The notes below the pieces were generated by a model that saw only the letters and a list, made by a program, of their open reading frames with translations, made no database searches and was not told the origin of the DNA. The translations under genes were made by a program, and so were the position numbers. From IMG/VR virus record IMGVR_UViG_3300050120_000230, positions 248,001 to 312,000 of that record: a stretch of 64,000 nucleotides of DNA; one strand, written 5' to 3'. Positions 8,415 to 17,440 of this stretch are shown one piece after another (positions within the stretch are counted from its first letter, which is position 1; each line of letters begins with the position of its first letter).

Positions 8415-9721
8415 GCAACCATGCCGCCCGTTTTCTTTTCGAGATCGAAGTTCGCATTGATGAACTCGATCACGTCGTTCGCGGGCGTATGGCGAGAGAA
8501 AACGATGTTCGGCCCGTGACCATCGAGCATGACGACCTTCATGTCTCGGCGATAGTTCACGGCCGACAGGTTGCGGCTGGTGTTCTGACCGCATTGGTGA
8601 CTGCCACACTCGTTCTCCCATTGCGACGCCACGGGCACGGCGTCGGGATGATTTTCACGCAGGGGCGAATGGAAGTGGACGATGCAGTCCAATTCGGGAT
8701 GTTCACGGAACACGACGCGTTGCGATTGGCCGCCGACCGAAGGCTTCGCGCCGTAGGCGATCACCTTGTTGTCGCCTTCGTATTCGACCAGCACGAGACC
8801 TTCCTTGGAAAGTTCGTTGAAGTTCCGCTTACGCTTGGACGTGATGATCCGGCCTTCGTCCAGCTTCACAGCGAAGTGCCCAGCGGTGACCCCTCGGAAC
8901 GGCTTGTAGGCGCCTCGTTCGATGCAGTAGTCCACGACGGCACGAAGGTTCTCGGGGATCATCGGCGAATCCCACGAAACCGAATCGCCCTCGACGACGG
9001 TCGAGCGGGTGTAGGTGTTCTCGATCCGACTCCTGACCATCTTGGCCAGAGCCGCGAGGACTTCGGCGCGGTCGGTTGTCTCCGAATAGCGGGTTTCTTC
9101 CGGCGCCACGATCATGTTGTTGCGGGTGACCGTGTCATTGGCCAGCACGAGGTTCAGACTGTCGCGCTTCAGCATGTCGAGCGCGATGCGGTATTGTTCG
9201 TCGGACGTTGCATCCGTAGTGGTTTTGAAACCGACGACGAAGATGTCCTTGCGCTCTTTCCTGATCTTGCCGATCAGCTTGGAAGCTGGTTGGAGGGTGA
9301 GCATCTGAGTGCCATCAGATGTCTTGAGACGAGGGGCGTGCGGGCCGGATGCAATGTTGGCCGGAGGGCCTTCACCTCGAATATGGGCAAGATGTTTGTC
9401 TTCCCACTCCTGATCCATTGTCTGGACCACACTGCCAGTATAATCACAGAGGGCCGCGTTCAGGATGATGCAACGCGTGTCCGGGTCGGCGACGAGCTTT
9501 TCCAGCAGCGTCGAAACGTCGGCGTTGGTGACCAGAGGACTGCGGTAGTCCGCCATCTTCGTCAGATGCAGGTTCACGTCGTAGTCGTGTGGGTCGCCGA
9601 TATGCGGAGCGAGGTGCTCATGTAGCGCACGAGCAGAGTTACCGAAAGCGGGCGCGGCGAGGGCCAGATGGTTGCGAACGTAGTTGAAAGTTCCGCCGCC
9701 GATGATGTGGATTTTCTTCAC
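8411..9721 (-). CDS. CoaB-like (DFP C-terminal) domain fused to a class II aldolase/adducin-like domain
   Basis: IIGGGT, ILNAALCDY, VVGFKTT, LVLAND (CoaB-like); GHFAVK..IITSKR, IVHFH, VMLDGHG (aldolase II-like). Confidence 0.7.
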   Translation of the reverse strand: MKKIHIIGGGTFNYVRNHLALAAPAFGNSARALHEHLAPHIGDPHDYDVNLHLTKMADYRSPLVTNADVSTLLEKLVADPDTRCIILNAALCDYTGSVVQTMDQEWEDKHLAHIRGEGPPANIASGPHAPRLKTSDGTQMLTLQPASKLIGKIRKERKDIFVVGFKTTTDATSDEQYRIALDMLKRDSLNLVLANDTVTRNNMIVAPEETRYSETTDRAEVLAALAKMVRSRIENTYTRSTVVEGDSVSWDSPMIPENLRAVVDYCIERGAYKPFRGVTAGHFAVKLDEGRIITSKRKRNFNELSKEGLVLVEYEGDNKVIAYGAKPSVGGQSQRVVFREHPELDCIVHFHSPLRENHPDAVPVASQWENECGSHQCGQNTSRNLSAVNYRRDMKVVMLDGHGPNIVFSRHTPANDVIEFINANFDLEKKTGGMVA

Positions 9722-10233
9722 GAGGGTTCTTTCATGAGCTTGGCGATGGCTGCTTTTTCCTTCGCCTGCAAGTCGTGTTCTTGTGAAATGTTTACGCGCT
9801 CGCGCCACCGCATGAACGCATTGAAGATGATGACTTGAGCCACGGTCGTGTTCGTGTTTCCGTTCTCACGACGAAATCCGGGCATGTCCGTTCCATCGAC
9901 CTTGACAGAAATAGATCGAATTTCAACCGGACTGTTGCCGATTGGATCGGCCCCGACGAAGATATTGATGCCGAGTTTATCGTTCCCAATTCCGAATGTT
10001 TCTTCTTTCCAATCCGCAGGATGGGCGTCAAGAAGGTCCGATATTTTCTGCGCGAGTTGATTTGCGGTCGCCTCTTGCATCGTAGGGGGCACGGGGACTT
10101 CCGCTTGATGGTGAGGCGTCATACCAATCCACACCGCATAACCTACCGCACAGACCAAAGCCACGATCCCACACGTTTGCAGGATGAGCTTGAACATCGG
10201 GCTGGGTTTAGGGAACTCGCGGATGATCTTCAT
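9718..10233 (-). CDS. Membrane-anchored protein
   Basis: N-terminal TM helix. Confidence 0.6.
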   Translation of the reverse strand: MKIIREFPKPSPMFKLILQTCGIVALVCAVGYAVWIGMTPHHQAEVPVPPTMQEATANQLAQKISDLLDAHPADWKEETFGIGNDKLGINIFVGADPIGNSPVEIRSISVKVDGTDMPGFRRENGNTNTTVAQVIIFNAFMRWRERVNISQEHDLQAKEKAAIAKLMKEPS

Positions 10234-11231
10234 GGCATCAGGGGGAACTTACCGACGAACGGGCGGGCTTCGCCCTTCTTGGCGAACACGTAGGCACAAG
10301 TGTCGAGCGGGATGAGATGGAAGCTGGCGCCGTCGCGCAGCGGATAGCTCGGATCATGCGTGACGCCCGTATGCAGTCCAGCCGCATCGGCGGTCTCGAC
10401 GGCGTCACGCATTTCGCTCTCGGTCACCGAGAGGACGATGCAAGTCCCGAAGCCATAGGCGGCGGTCTCCCACGAATCCAAAAGGTCTTCCAGCGCGTCG
10501 CCGAGTTGATTCGGGACGGTTTCCCCCGCTTTCTTGCGGGCCTCAAACACCATCTGGTTGGCGGCGTGGGTGCCTTGCGCGACGGCTTTGCCCGCGTTCA
10601 TCGACGCGAGATCGTTCCGCATCAGAATGTAGAGATACGGTTCGGCATCCTGCGAATCGTCCACTTTGGGGTTCAGGGTTGCCCAGAGCGCCGTCACGGC
10701 GGGATCGAGGCTGTCACCGAACATCTTGTGCGCTTTGTGGGCGCGGACGAACGTCGAAGCCGATTCGACCAGATCAGGTTCACTGGCAATCTGGCCTTCG
10801 GTTTCTTCCAACAGGGCATCACGCAGGTTGTGCACTGCCTCTTCGATCAGGTCTTTGTCGCCACCCTTAACGATGTCAACGACCGACCTTAGACGGCCGC
10901 GAAGAGATTGCGGATTTTCGGCCGCCCACTCCGCAGGCGTGATGACGCTTTCCGGGGGTTGCGGAAGATCGGCCGCCATCGCCAAGGCGATTTCTTCCTT
11001 CAGCCCGTTGATTGCCGCTTCCACATCCGTGCGATTCGGGCGGGTCTTCGACGACACGTTGGAGTAAATGGCCAGTGCCGAATAGAGGTTCTGTTCGACC
11101 GGGCTCCGTGTCTCGCGAACATCTTGTTCCGAAAGGCGATATTGCCGGAAAATGGACAGGAGGTTCACGCCAGCGAGTGCATCGGACAGGAACATCCGGG
11201 TCGCGACGATAACATCGGTGAAAGAAGTCAT
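10230..11231 (-). CDS. Peptidyl-tRNA hydrolase 2 (Pth2) domain with long unknown N-terminal extension
   Basis: YLYILMRNDLASMNAGKAVAQGTHA...FGTCIVL...HDPSY...DTCAYVF. Confidence 0.75.
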   Translation of the reverse strand: MTSFTDVIVATRMFLSDALAGVNLLSIFRQYRLSEQDVRETRSPVEQNLYSALAIYSNVSSKTRPNRTDVEAAINGLKEEIALAMAADLPQPPESVITPAEWAAENPQSLRGRLRSVVDIVKGGDKDLIEEAVHNLRDALLEETEGQIASEPDLVESASTFVRAHKAHKMFGDSLDPAVTALWATLNPKVDDSQDAEPYLYILMRNDLASMNAGKAVAQGTHAANQMVFEARKKAGETVPNQLGDALEDLLDSWETAAYGFGTCIVLSVTESEMRDAVETADAAGLHTGVTHDPSYPLRDGASFHLIPLDTCAYVFAKKGEARPFVGKFPLMP

Positions 11232-11279
11232 TGGATGCCCCTCAGTGAGCAACCAGAATAACTCGTAAACGAGATCAGG

Positions 11280-11543
11280 TCAACGTTTTCTACGCCGTGC
11301 CAACCAATGCGGGCGATGAGGGTGATGGAAGTATTGCCAGACTTTCAGGCAGCCCCAAATTCCTTCCAGAAGACCGAAGGGCCACGCACCTTGCATGAAC
11401 CCATAGGCCGCCCCCGCCCAGCAAGAAAAGGCGAACACCATGGTGAAACGATAGTGTCGTTTCTCAACCATATCGCTGAACATCATCGCACTCACCGCCA
11501 ACAGACCGAAGATAGTCAGCAGATCGACGTGCGGAATGCTCAT
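11280..11543 (-). CDS. Small multi-pass membrane protein
   Basis: Three hydrophobic segments. Confidence 0.6.
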   Translation of the reverse strand: MSIPHVDLLTIFGLLAVSAMMFSDMVEKRHYRFTMVFAFSCWAGAAYGFMQGAWPFGLLEGIWGCLKVWQYFHHPHRPHWLARRRKR

Positions 11544-12094
11544 TTTTCTCTAACCTTGTGGTGGTCCACGGACAGATAGCTGGGTTGTTTGCGTAGATAG
11601 CGGCGGATTTCTTCCAGTGTTACTGGTTTCAACCCCATGTTGTCTACCCCCACATCACACGATTGATCTGTGCCGGGCAGCGATCCATGCGAGTGCCCGT
11701 AGAGCATGATCGCACCTCTGTGACTTTTGTTCCACACGCGCATGGAGTAATGGCACAGGACGATGAACTGCCCATCGAGATTGATCTCAAGATAGGGCTG
11801 GGACGATGTCCACTCGGGGAGTTGGCGAACCTGATTGCTGTCGTGGTTGCCCCAAATCAAGTGCTTCCGGCCGTTCAGCCGAGACAGAATTTGCGGCGCC
11901 GGAGTCTTACCCATGGCGAAGTCGCCAAGGTGGTAGATGTCATCGTCTTGATCGACGGCGGCATTCCAGTTTGCGATGAGGGTCTCGTCCATTTGGACGA
12001 TGGTGTCGAACGGGCGGTTCGAATAGTTCTTGCCCTCGTTCGTCATGTTGCGATGGCCGAAATGCGTATCGCTAGTAAACAGTGTCTTTTTCAT
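11540..12094 (-). CDS. Calcineurin-like metallophosphoesterase
   Basis: SDTHFGH, HLGDF, GNHD, LCHY, GHSHG. Confidence 0.9.
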   Translation of the reverse strand: MKKTLFTSDTHFGHRNMTNEGKNYSNRPFDTIVQMDETLIANWNAAVDQDDDIYHLGDFAMGKTPAPQILSRLNGRKHLIWGNHDSNQVRQLPEWTSSQPYLEINLDGQFIVLCHYSMRVWNKSHRGAIMLYGHSHGSLPGTDQSCDVGVDNMGLKPVTLEEIRRYLRKQPSYLSVDHHKVREK

Positions 12095-12128
12095 AATGAC
12101 ACTATATATCCAGAAAACTAGGCAATAG

Positions 12129-12452
12129 TCAATCTACAGCGGCGAGCCTCTCCGCAAAATGCATTTTGAAAATCACCGCATCGGTTTCTCTCGGGAAAGA
12201 AATGGCTACGTAGGAATGCGCGTTTCCCCACTCTTTCTTTGCATGAGTAGTCACCAATGTGAAATCATGCTCCATGTTATAGGTCCGCAAGAATTCACGG
12301 AGGCCCGACCACTCTTCATCCATCATTCGACTCAGCGAAACCACTTCGTAGACCGTCATAGGTCTAGTAAAGATGGTCCCTTGTTTTGTGGAATTCAGCT
12401 CATCGATGGTTAATGTGGCAGAAAACAACCTGAACTCAGTCTTCAACTTCAA
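12129..12452 (-). CDS. DAxxFK[LM]xW-family protein
   Basis: DAVIFKMHF. Confidence 0.65.
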   Translation of the reverse strand: MKLKTEFRLFSATLTIDELNSTKQGTIFTRPMTVYEVVSLSRMMDEEWSGLREFLRTYNMEHDFTLVTTHAKKEWGNAHSYVAISFPRETDAVIFKMHFAERLAAVD

Positions 12453-12897
12453 GACCTTTCATGACGGACAATTGCCCCTTCTCTGGGATCGGGCCGTCGA
12501 TGTCGAGCACTGTCACCACCATGGCTTGGCTCGTCTTATCGGCACGGTTGCGTCCTCGGATCACGATGACGGCTTTTTCTTCCTGAGAGATAATCACATC
12601 GTGGTCATCGTTTGGATCATATCGCCCGGCCGCCATAGCGCGGATGCGATCACGGACAGATTGTAGGTCCACGCCGTCGATGCGTTCAAGCCATCGGACA
12701 ATGGCATGGTCACTCACCATCAGGTCTTCAGGTGTGGTTTCGCTTTGTCGAATGGCGCCGTTCACAGCTTCGAACCGCGCAGCCATCATCTTTTGATCGC
12801 GAATCAAGCCGCGATTGGCCAAGGTCAACTCTTCCCTGATCCGATACAATTCGTTCAATGGAAGTCCGGCCAAGATCAAGGGATTGTTCTGCGACAT
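12436..12897 (-). CDS. Hypothetical protein
   Basis: VSDHAIVRWLER motif; downstream of TTGACG early promoter. Confidence 0.6.
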   Translation of the reverse strand: MSQNNPLILAGLPLNELYRIREELTLANRGLIRDQKMMAARFEAVNGAIRQSETTPEDLMVSDHAIVRWLERIDGVDLQSVRDRIRAMAAGRYDPNDDHDVIISQEEKAVIVIRGRNRADKTSQAMVVTVLDIDGPIPEKGQLSVMKGLEVED

Positions 12898-12937
12898 ACC
12901 TCCAATGTGGAGTGTCGGGTAGTTTTCGTCAACCAGA

Positions 12938-13543
12938 TTAGCGAATCTGTTCCACGCCGATGATATTCACCGGAGAGTTTTCGCGGATGCGAATTTCTTT
13001 TTCGTCTTCATAGTCAGGCATTATGTTCATCGCCAGCGTCGTGGTCCAATCCACTACCGACATGTTGACCTCGGCGGCGATCCGCCATTTGACGTTGCCT
13101 TCACTGAAATCGCCCCAGTGAGCATCAGCAGCATTCTTGTCCCATGACCAATAGATGCCGGGATGACGGGCATCTGGTTTCCAATCGGCCGGAGCGGTGA
13201 TGACACGATAAAGGGTGGCGTTGCCAGACGCGTCGAACAGGTGAGCGAAATTCCCCCAAGCATCCCAGAGACGTTCTTCGACCCAACCCTTAAACCAATG
13301 TGTGAACTCAGGCGTGTTGGTGTCTACCGCGCTCGTGTCTGATCCATCGAAATTATCGTGATTGATTTCGATTTCGTGCTCACGAGCGTAGGCGTATTTC
13401 ACGCTCGCGGCGCCACCAGCCTCGGTGCTCCAATCCATGTCGTTGTAGACCAGATTGAAAACGGCCTTGGCATCGACCAAGTGATTCGGCGTGGGAAGTT
13501 CCTCGGCCAACAAATTCTCGACGAGGTTGATGAAATCACGCAT
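12938..13543 (-). CDS. Putative ADP-ribosyltransferase-fold protein with capsid-targeting-like N-terminus
   Basis: MRDFINLVE; LYRVI...GIYWSWD...EKEIRI (R-S-E-like); CTAAATA 4 nt upstream. Confidence 0.55.
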   Translation of the reverse strand: MRDFINLVENLLAEELPTPNHLVDAKAVFNLVYNDMDWSTEAGGAASVKYAYAREHEIEINHDNFDGSDTSAVDTNTPEFTHWFKGWVEERLWDAWGNFAHLFDASGNATLYRVITAPADWKPDARHPGIYWSWDKNAADAHWGDFSEGNVKWRIAAEVNMSVVDWTTTLAMNIMPDYEDEKEIRIRENSPVNIIGVEQIR

Positions 13544-13550
13544 CCGATAT

Positions 13551-14189
13551 TTAGGCGGTGGCAGGTTCCATATGACCGTGCATCGCTTCGATCAATTCGA
13601 TCTGCGTCCGCAGCATGTGCTTGATGTTCTCGTAGGCGAGCGCCTGATGCGGGAAATTGCGGCGTGCGGCCTTCAGCATCGGGAAGAACAGCTTCTCCGC
13701 TTCGCTGATGTAGGACTTCTGCTTGGCCAACGTGAAAACGCCCACCATGGATTGCAGATTGTGGATGCGGTCGCAGCCCTTGGCGATGCTGGCGATCTCA
13801 TCCTCGCCCATGGCGGCGAACAGCTTCGCTTCGTCCTTCTTGGCTCCGCGCCATTCCTTGGTCATGTTCTCGACCGCGCGACTGACACGTTCGGCGAAAG
13901 CTAGATCGGTGGCGAACAGCGACCGAACCTCCGCATCAGTGATGTGGTAATCCTCGCGCACGTCGTGCAGGAAAATCGTGGTGATAATCTCTTCACGGTA
14001 GCGCAGGTTGGGGAGCGTCAGCGCATACAGCGCGATGCTGATCTGGTGATCGAACTCCGGCGTGAAGCCGTCTTTGCGCGTGCCGGTGTGGTGCTTCGCG
14101 GCAAACTCCATCGCCACGAGGGCGTGGTAGTATCCGGCGCCTGCGAGATACTGTCGGAGCGTGAGTGCTTTCTTCTTGAATTTGTCCAT
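13551..14189 (-). CDS. RelA/SpoT-type HD domain hydrolase (Mesh1/SAH-like)
   Basis: FAAKHHTGTRKDG.TP...H, LHDVRED, V..MTK, KGCDRIHNL. Confidence 0.8.
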   Translation of the reverse strand: MDKFKKKALTLRQYLAGAGYYHALVAMEFAAKHHTGTRKDGFTPEFDHQISIALYALTLPNLRYREEIITTIFLHDVREDYHITDAEVRSLFATDLAFAERVSRAVENMTKEWRGAKKDEAKLFAAMGEDEIASIAKGCDRIHNLQSMVGVFTLAKQKSYISEAEKLFFPMLKAARRNFPHQALAYENIKHMLRTQIELIEAMHGHMEPATA

Positions 14190-14229
14190 ACCTACAGTGT
14201 GCCTGCAAGTAACCGGTTGGTCAACCAAA

Positions 14230-14529
14230 TCAGGAGACGGCCAGTTTCAAGGCGATCACGTCGTTCTTGTAGAGTTCGAAGTCACCGTAGAACGCGATGC
14301 TGTCTTTGCCACGAGGCAACCATCGAACCTGCCAAGTCCAAGTCGTGTGCGTGATCGGGTCGTCGGGCAAGAAACGCATCAAGTTCTTCGTGAACTCGTC
14401 GCCGTAGTATCGTTCTTTATTCGCCCACAGCCGGATGCCCAAAATGGTGATAGGCATCCCGACGCTACTCATGAACGGGTCCACATAATAGTGGATTTCG
14501 TCGAGCGTTCGCCGATCCAAGAAATCCAT
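14230..14529 (-). CDS. GD..F..D-x-x-x-K[LM] subfamily protein
   Basis: FYGDFELYKNDVIALKL. Confidence 0.6.
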   Translation of the reverse strand: MDFLDRRTLDEIHYYVDPFMSSVGMPITILGIRLWANKERYYGDEFTKNLMRFLPDDPITHTTWTWQVRWLPRGKDSIAFYGDFELYKNDVIALKLAVS

Positions 14530-15068
14530 CAGCGCGACTTGAGGCGCTCGACGATCTTGTAGTGGGTCTGGACGATTCGGCTCAACGTTTCATCATCGGT
14601 CAGCTTGCGGAACGAACGAGCATGGTAATCCTCATCTGGGATCACCGCTGTCAGAAACGCCATGATGTCGGCGGGTGTGTCAGGGTGTGAGGCGATCACG
14701 TTGAAGCGATCCACTGCCAATTGTTCCCCAAGATGGAACACAGCCGCGCAGGAGGACAGGTCCACAATGACCTTGTCCATCTCCGACCAGTAAATGCTTT
14801 CGGGCTGTTCGTCTTCGGTCGATAGGCCGCGTTTGTTCAGCAGTTCGACCAGCAGATCGCTGTGCCTCAGTTCATCGAAGGCGGTAGCCCGGAGCACGGT
14901 CTCGGCCGCGATATTTCCACCGGCCCATTGCTCGATGGCCGAGAGATTGTCGGCGTAGCCGCTGTATTCGGTCTTCTGAAGTTTTTGCAGCCAGCGCGCC
15001 ATGCGCTCTTCGTCAGCGAGGTTTCGTTCCCACCAGCGGAGGGCGAAGTCTGTGTCGAACTTTTCCAT
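14529..15068 (-). CDS. Ferritin-like diiron protein
   Basis: Repeated E...DExxH pattern: DELRH, GEQLA, DEDYH. Confidence 0.75.
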   Translation of the reverse strand: MEKFDTDFALRWWERNLADEERMARWLQKLQKTEYSGYADNLSAIEQWAGGNIAAETVLRATAFDELRHSDLLVELLNKRGLSTEDEQPESIYWSEMDKVIVDLSSCAAVFHLGEQLAVDRFNVIASHPDTPADIMAFLTAVIPDEDYHARSFRKLTDDETLSRIVQTHYKIVERLKSR

Positions 15069-15099
15069 AGGCTCAATCTGCAAAATTAAGCCGAAGTCG

Positions 15100-15684
15100 T
15101 CAACCAGTTTGGAACCGCGTCCGGGTAGAGCCCCATCCATCTCTGTCAGGAGCGTAAGGATCGACGATCACGAACTGATCGCCACGCTTCATGATGTTAC
15201 CCGAGTTCAAGTCCACCCAGCAGCCACCTTTCTGCGAATGAAGTTCCTGCAACGTATCTAGAAATAGTTGTTGCTCGGGCGAGAAATCCCATTGCTCGAA
15301 ATCAGCCTGTGGCTTGGAAGCAATGGACACCAACGTGTGCAGTCCGGCCGCTCTCTGCTCTTCAGAAGTGGTCTCTGACAACCGCTCGATGCGGATCATC
15401 CGCGCTTTTTCATTCAGTCGCACACCGTTGCCCCTGAACCGAGGCAAACAGGGATTGTTCCGGTGGGCTTTGCAGAATGAAATGAAACGGTCGTAGCATT
15501 CGTCATTGTAGACTTTGACGACTTCGTTGACGCGCGGGTTTTCGAAGACGAGACTAAACTCGCCACCACTGAGCATCGAGAAACCGAGGGTCTCCATGTA
15601 ATCTTCCAACTGTTCGACCGTCTCGATAGGACGAGAGGTGTGGACCTTAGCCCCGGCCAGTTCGAAAATCTCGTGAGAGCGCAT
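15100..15684 (-). CDS. Protein kinase-fold protein (T7 gp0.7-like) with capsid-targeting-like N-terminus
   Basis: SGGEFSLVF, VVKV, DLNSGNIM, IVDP; MRSHEIFE; CTAAATA upstream. Confidence 0.7.
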   Translation of the reverse strand: MRSHEIFELAGAKVHTSRPIETVEQLEDYMETLGFSMLSGGEFSLVFENPRVNEVVKVYNDECYDRFISFCKAHRNNPCLPRFRGNGVRLNEKARMIRIERLSETTSEEQRAAGLHTLVSIASKPQADFEQWDFSPEQQLFLDTLQELHSQKGGCWVDLNSGNIMKRGDQFVIVDPYAPDRDGWGSTRTRFQTG

Positions 15685-15691
15685 CCCCTAT

Positions 15692-15964
15692 TTAGGAGAG
15701 GAACATCTTCAGAATGGTCAAGTCATGCTGCATACGGTCAAGGTCGCCGTTCTGTCTGACTATCCCGCTTGGATTCCACTCCATGCTCCACACGCGGCCG
15801 ACCTGTCCATCGTCGTAGCGCATCAGGAACCAGTGCGTCTTACCCTGATGCGACGCTGAGCAGGCCCACATGACGATACCTTCAAGCTTGGCCTCGCCAC
15901 CCGCCGACAGTTCTCGCAGATTCTTCCACGCGACCTTGGCGGTCTCTAGTTGAGACTCGCTCAC
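15692..15964 (-). CDS. GD..F..D subfamily protein
   Basis: NGDLDRMQHDLTILKMF. Confidence 0.6.
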   Translation of the reverse strand: MSESQLETAKVAWKNLRELSAGGEAKLEGIVMWACSASHQGKTHWFLMRYDDGQVGRVWSMEWNPSGIVRQNGDLDRMQHDLTILKMFLS

Positions 15965-16260
15965 GTCCGGCCCGTGAATTCTTCGTTGAACCTTTCAGGC
16001 GGAACGGTGCTCCACCGAGTCCCCCACCGGCCATCGCGGGTGACTTGGAACATCGTTGGGAGTTTCACGAATTCCTCGAACAATTGCCACTTCATATCCG
16101 TTCGATCTTGCCCTCGGAAACGCTCGTCATCTGTCGTCAGGATCGTGGTGACGTATTCGAGCGTGCATCCTAGATGCCGGTGAACACCGCTCATCTTGGC
16201 CATAAGCTCGGCCTTCTCGATCACGAGAACGGCCGCCGCGAGCGTTTCCGGTTCGAGCAT
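15961..16260 (-). CDS. Hypothetical protein
   Basis: Overlapping gene run. Confidence 0.5.
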   Translation of the reverse strand: MLEPETLAAAVLVIEKAELMAKMSGVHRHLGCTLEYVTTILTTDDERFRGQDRTDMKWQLFEEFVKLPTMFQVTRDGRWGTRWSTVPPERFNEEFTGRT

Positions 16261-16695
16261 TCAGGCAACCGTGACGAACGTCAAGCCGGGTTCGTTCGCG
16301 AACTCGGCGTAGTCGTGCAGGTAACCGTCCGTGACGACGATGGCCTTGTCGGCGCCGGAAGCGCGGAAGTCGGCGACGATCTTGTAGAGCATCGACGGGC
16401 CGTCGCACCGATCAAACAGCGTTTCGATCTTGCTGTGGCGGAAGTAGCCAATCGTGCGAACGTCGTAGCTGAAAGTCTTCAGCACAGCGAACGGCTTGTT
16501 GATCGTCTGAAGCTTCTGGATCATCTTCGTCCGAACAGAATCGACGCTGATGCTTCCCGATGTATCGACGTAGATGGTGGTCTTCTGACCAAGCGTCGCG
16601 GCGATGAAGAGCACGGCGAACGTGAGCACCAGAAGAATGACGACGCAAGAAATGGTCATCGTGAGTTGGGGATGGGCGGATGCAAAAGCGATCAT
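16261..16695 (-). CDS. Membrane-anchored truncated vWA-domain protein
   Basis: N-terminal TM; YVDTSGSIS (MIDAS DxSxS), VVTDGY. Confidence 0.65.
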   Translation of the reverse strand: MIAFASAHPQLTMTISCVVILLVLTFAVLFIAATLGQKTTIYVDTSGSISVDSVRTKMIQKLQTINKPFAVLKTFSYDVRTIGYFRHSKIETLFDRCDGPSMLYKIVADFRASGADKAIVVTDGYLHDYAEFANEPGLTFVTVA

Positions 16696-16710
16696 GTGTG
16701 CGTCTCCTGT

Positions 16711-16962
16711 TCAGAGGTTGGGTTCGGCGCGGACGATGTCCATCAGTTCGCGCATCCGGGTCGGGTTGTTGAGTTGCACCCGCTTGCCGCCGGACTTCAC
16801 GTAGAAGTCCACGCCGTTGGCGTTCTTTTCCCGAGCGAACTTGGCCCGGTTCCGAAGCAGATGGAGGTAGGCGGACTCGATGTCGCCGAAACTGTCGGAA
16901 TGCTCATTGTGGGTGAGACCATCCGTGCCGCCGTAGCTGAAATATGCCGCGAAAGTCGCCAT
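16711..16962 (-). CDS. Hypothetical protein
   Basis: Follows early promoter TTGACG-N16-TACTCT (minus strand, near 17000-17025). Confidence 0.55.
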   Translation of the reverse strand: MATFAAYFSYGGTDGLTHNEHSDSFGDIESAYLHLLRNRAKFAREKNANGVDFYVKSGGKRVQLNNPTRMRELMDIVRAEPNL

Positions 16963-17027
16963 GGAATGTGCCTCCGACAGTTGAACTTACCATCAGAGTA
17001 ACATTGAACCGGAACTCGTCAACAATA

Positions 17028-17324
17028 TTACGCCCAAAACAGCTTGAAGAGCAGCGCGTCATCCTCGGACTCAAAATAGAAGATGAACGTGAAACGGTCT
17101 TCGGGCGTCCCTAAACGCTCGGACGTGTCATAGAACACCACATGCTTGAGTTTTTTGTTGCACCACTTCACGAAACCCGTTTGGAAAATCTTCAGTTCCC
17201 AGAGTGATCCTTTCCGATCAGGATGACGTAGGCGAACTGTGGGGACCATGACATAGTGTAGGCCGCGCACTTCATCCTCGCTCGGATGCTGGTATCTAAG
17301 CGGCGATTTCCGGCGAGTTCTCAT
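17028..17324 (-). CDS. DAxxFK[LM]xW-family protein
   Basis: DALLFKLFWA. Confidence 0.7.
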   Translation of the reverse strand: MRTRRKSPLRYQHPSEDEVRGLHYVMVPTVRLRHPDRKGSLWELKIFQTGFVKWCNKKLKHVVFYDTSERLGTPEDRFTFIFYFESEDDALLFKLFWA

Positions 17325-17342
17325 CCCCTCAATATACTTGAA

Positions 17343-17372
17343 TTGACTTCATCGTCCAGAGGGGTCTAAATA
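17343..17372 (+). promoter_or_regulatory. Hybrid promoter TTGACT-N17-CTAAATA for the release factor gene
   Basis: TTGACT 17343-17348; CTAAATA 17366-17372. Confidence 0.55.
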
Positions 17373-17440
17373 GCTGTAGCCCAAATATGGGCTAAAATCG
17401 AAAAGTCACCCATTTTAGGGCGACAACAAAGGAACGTATC

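Noticed and set aside
14529-15068. Specific call as MiaE tRNA hydroxylase
   Set aside because: Only generic ferritin-like ExxH motifs are visible; cannot be distinguished from other diiron proteins
17387-17395. Minimal uORF ATG-GGC-TAA in the hairpin upstream of the RF gene
   Set aside because: Too short to distinguish from chance; no RBS and not at the predicted TSS
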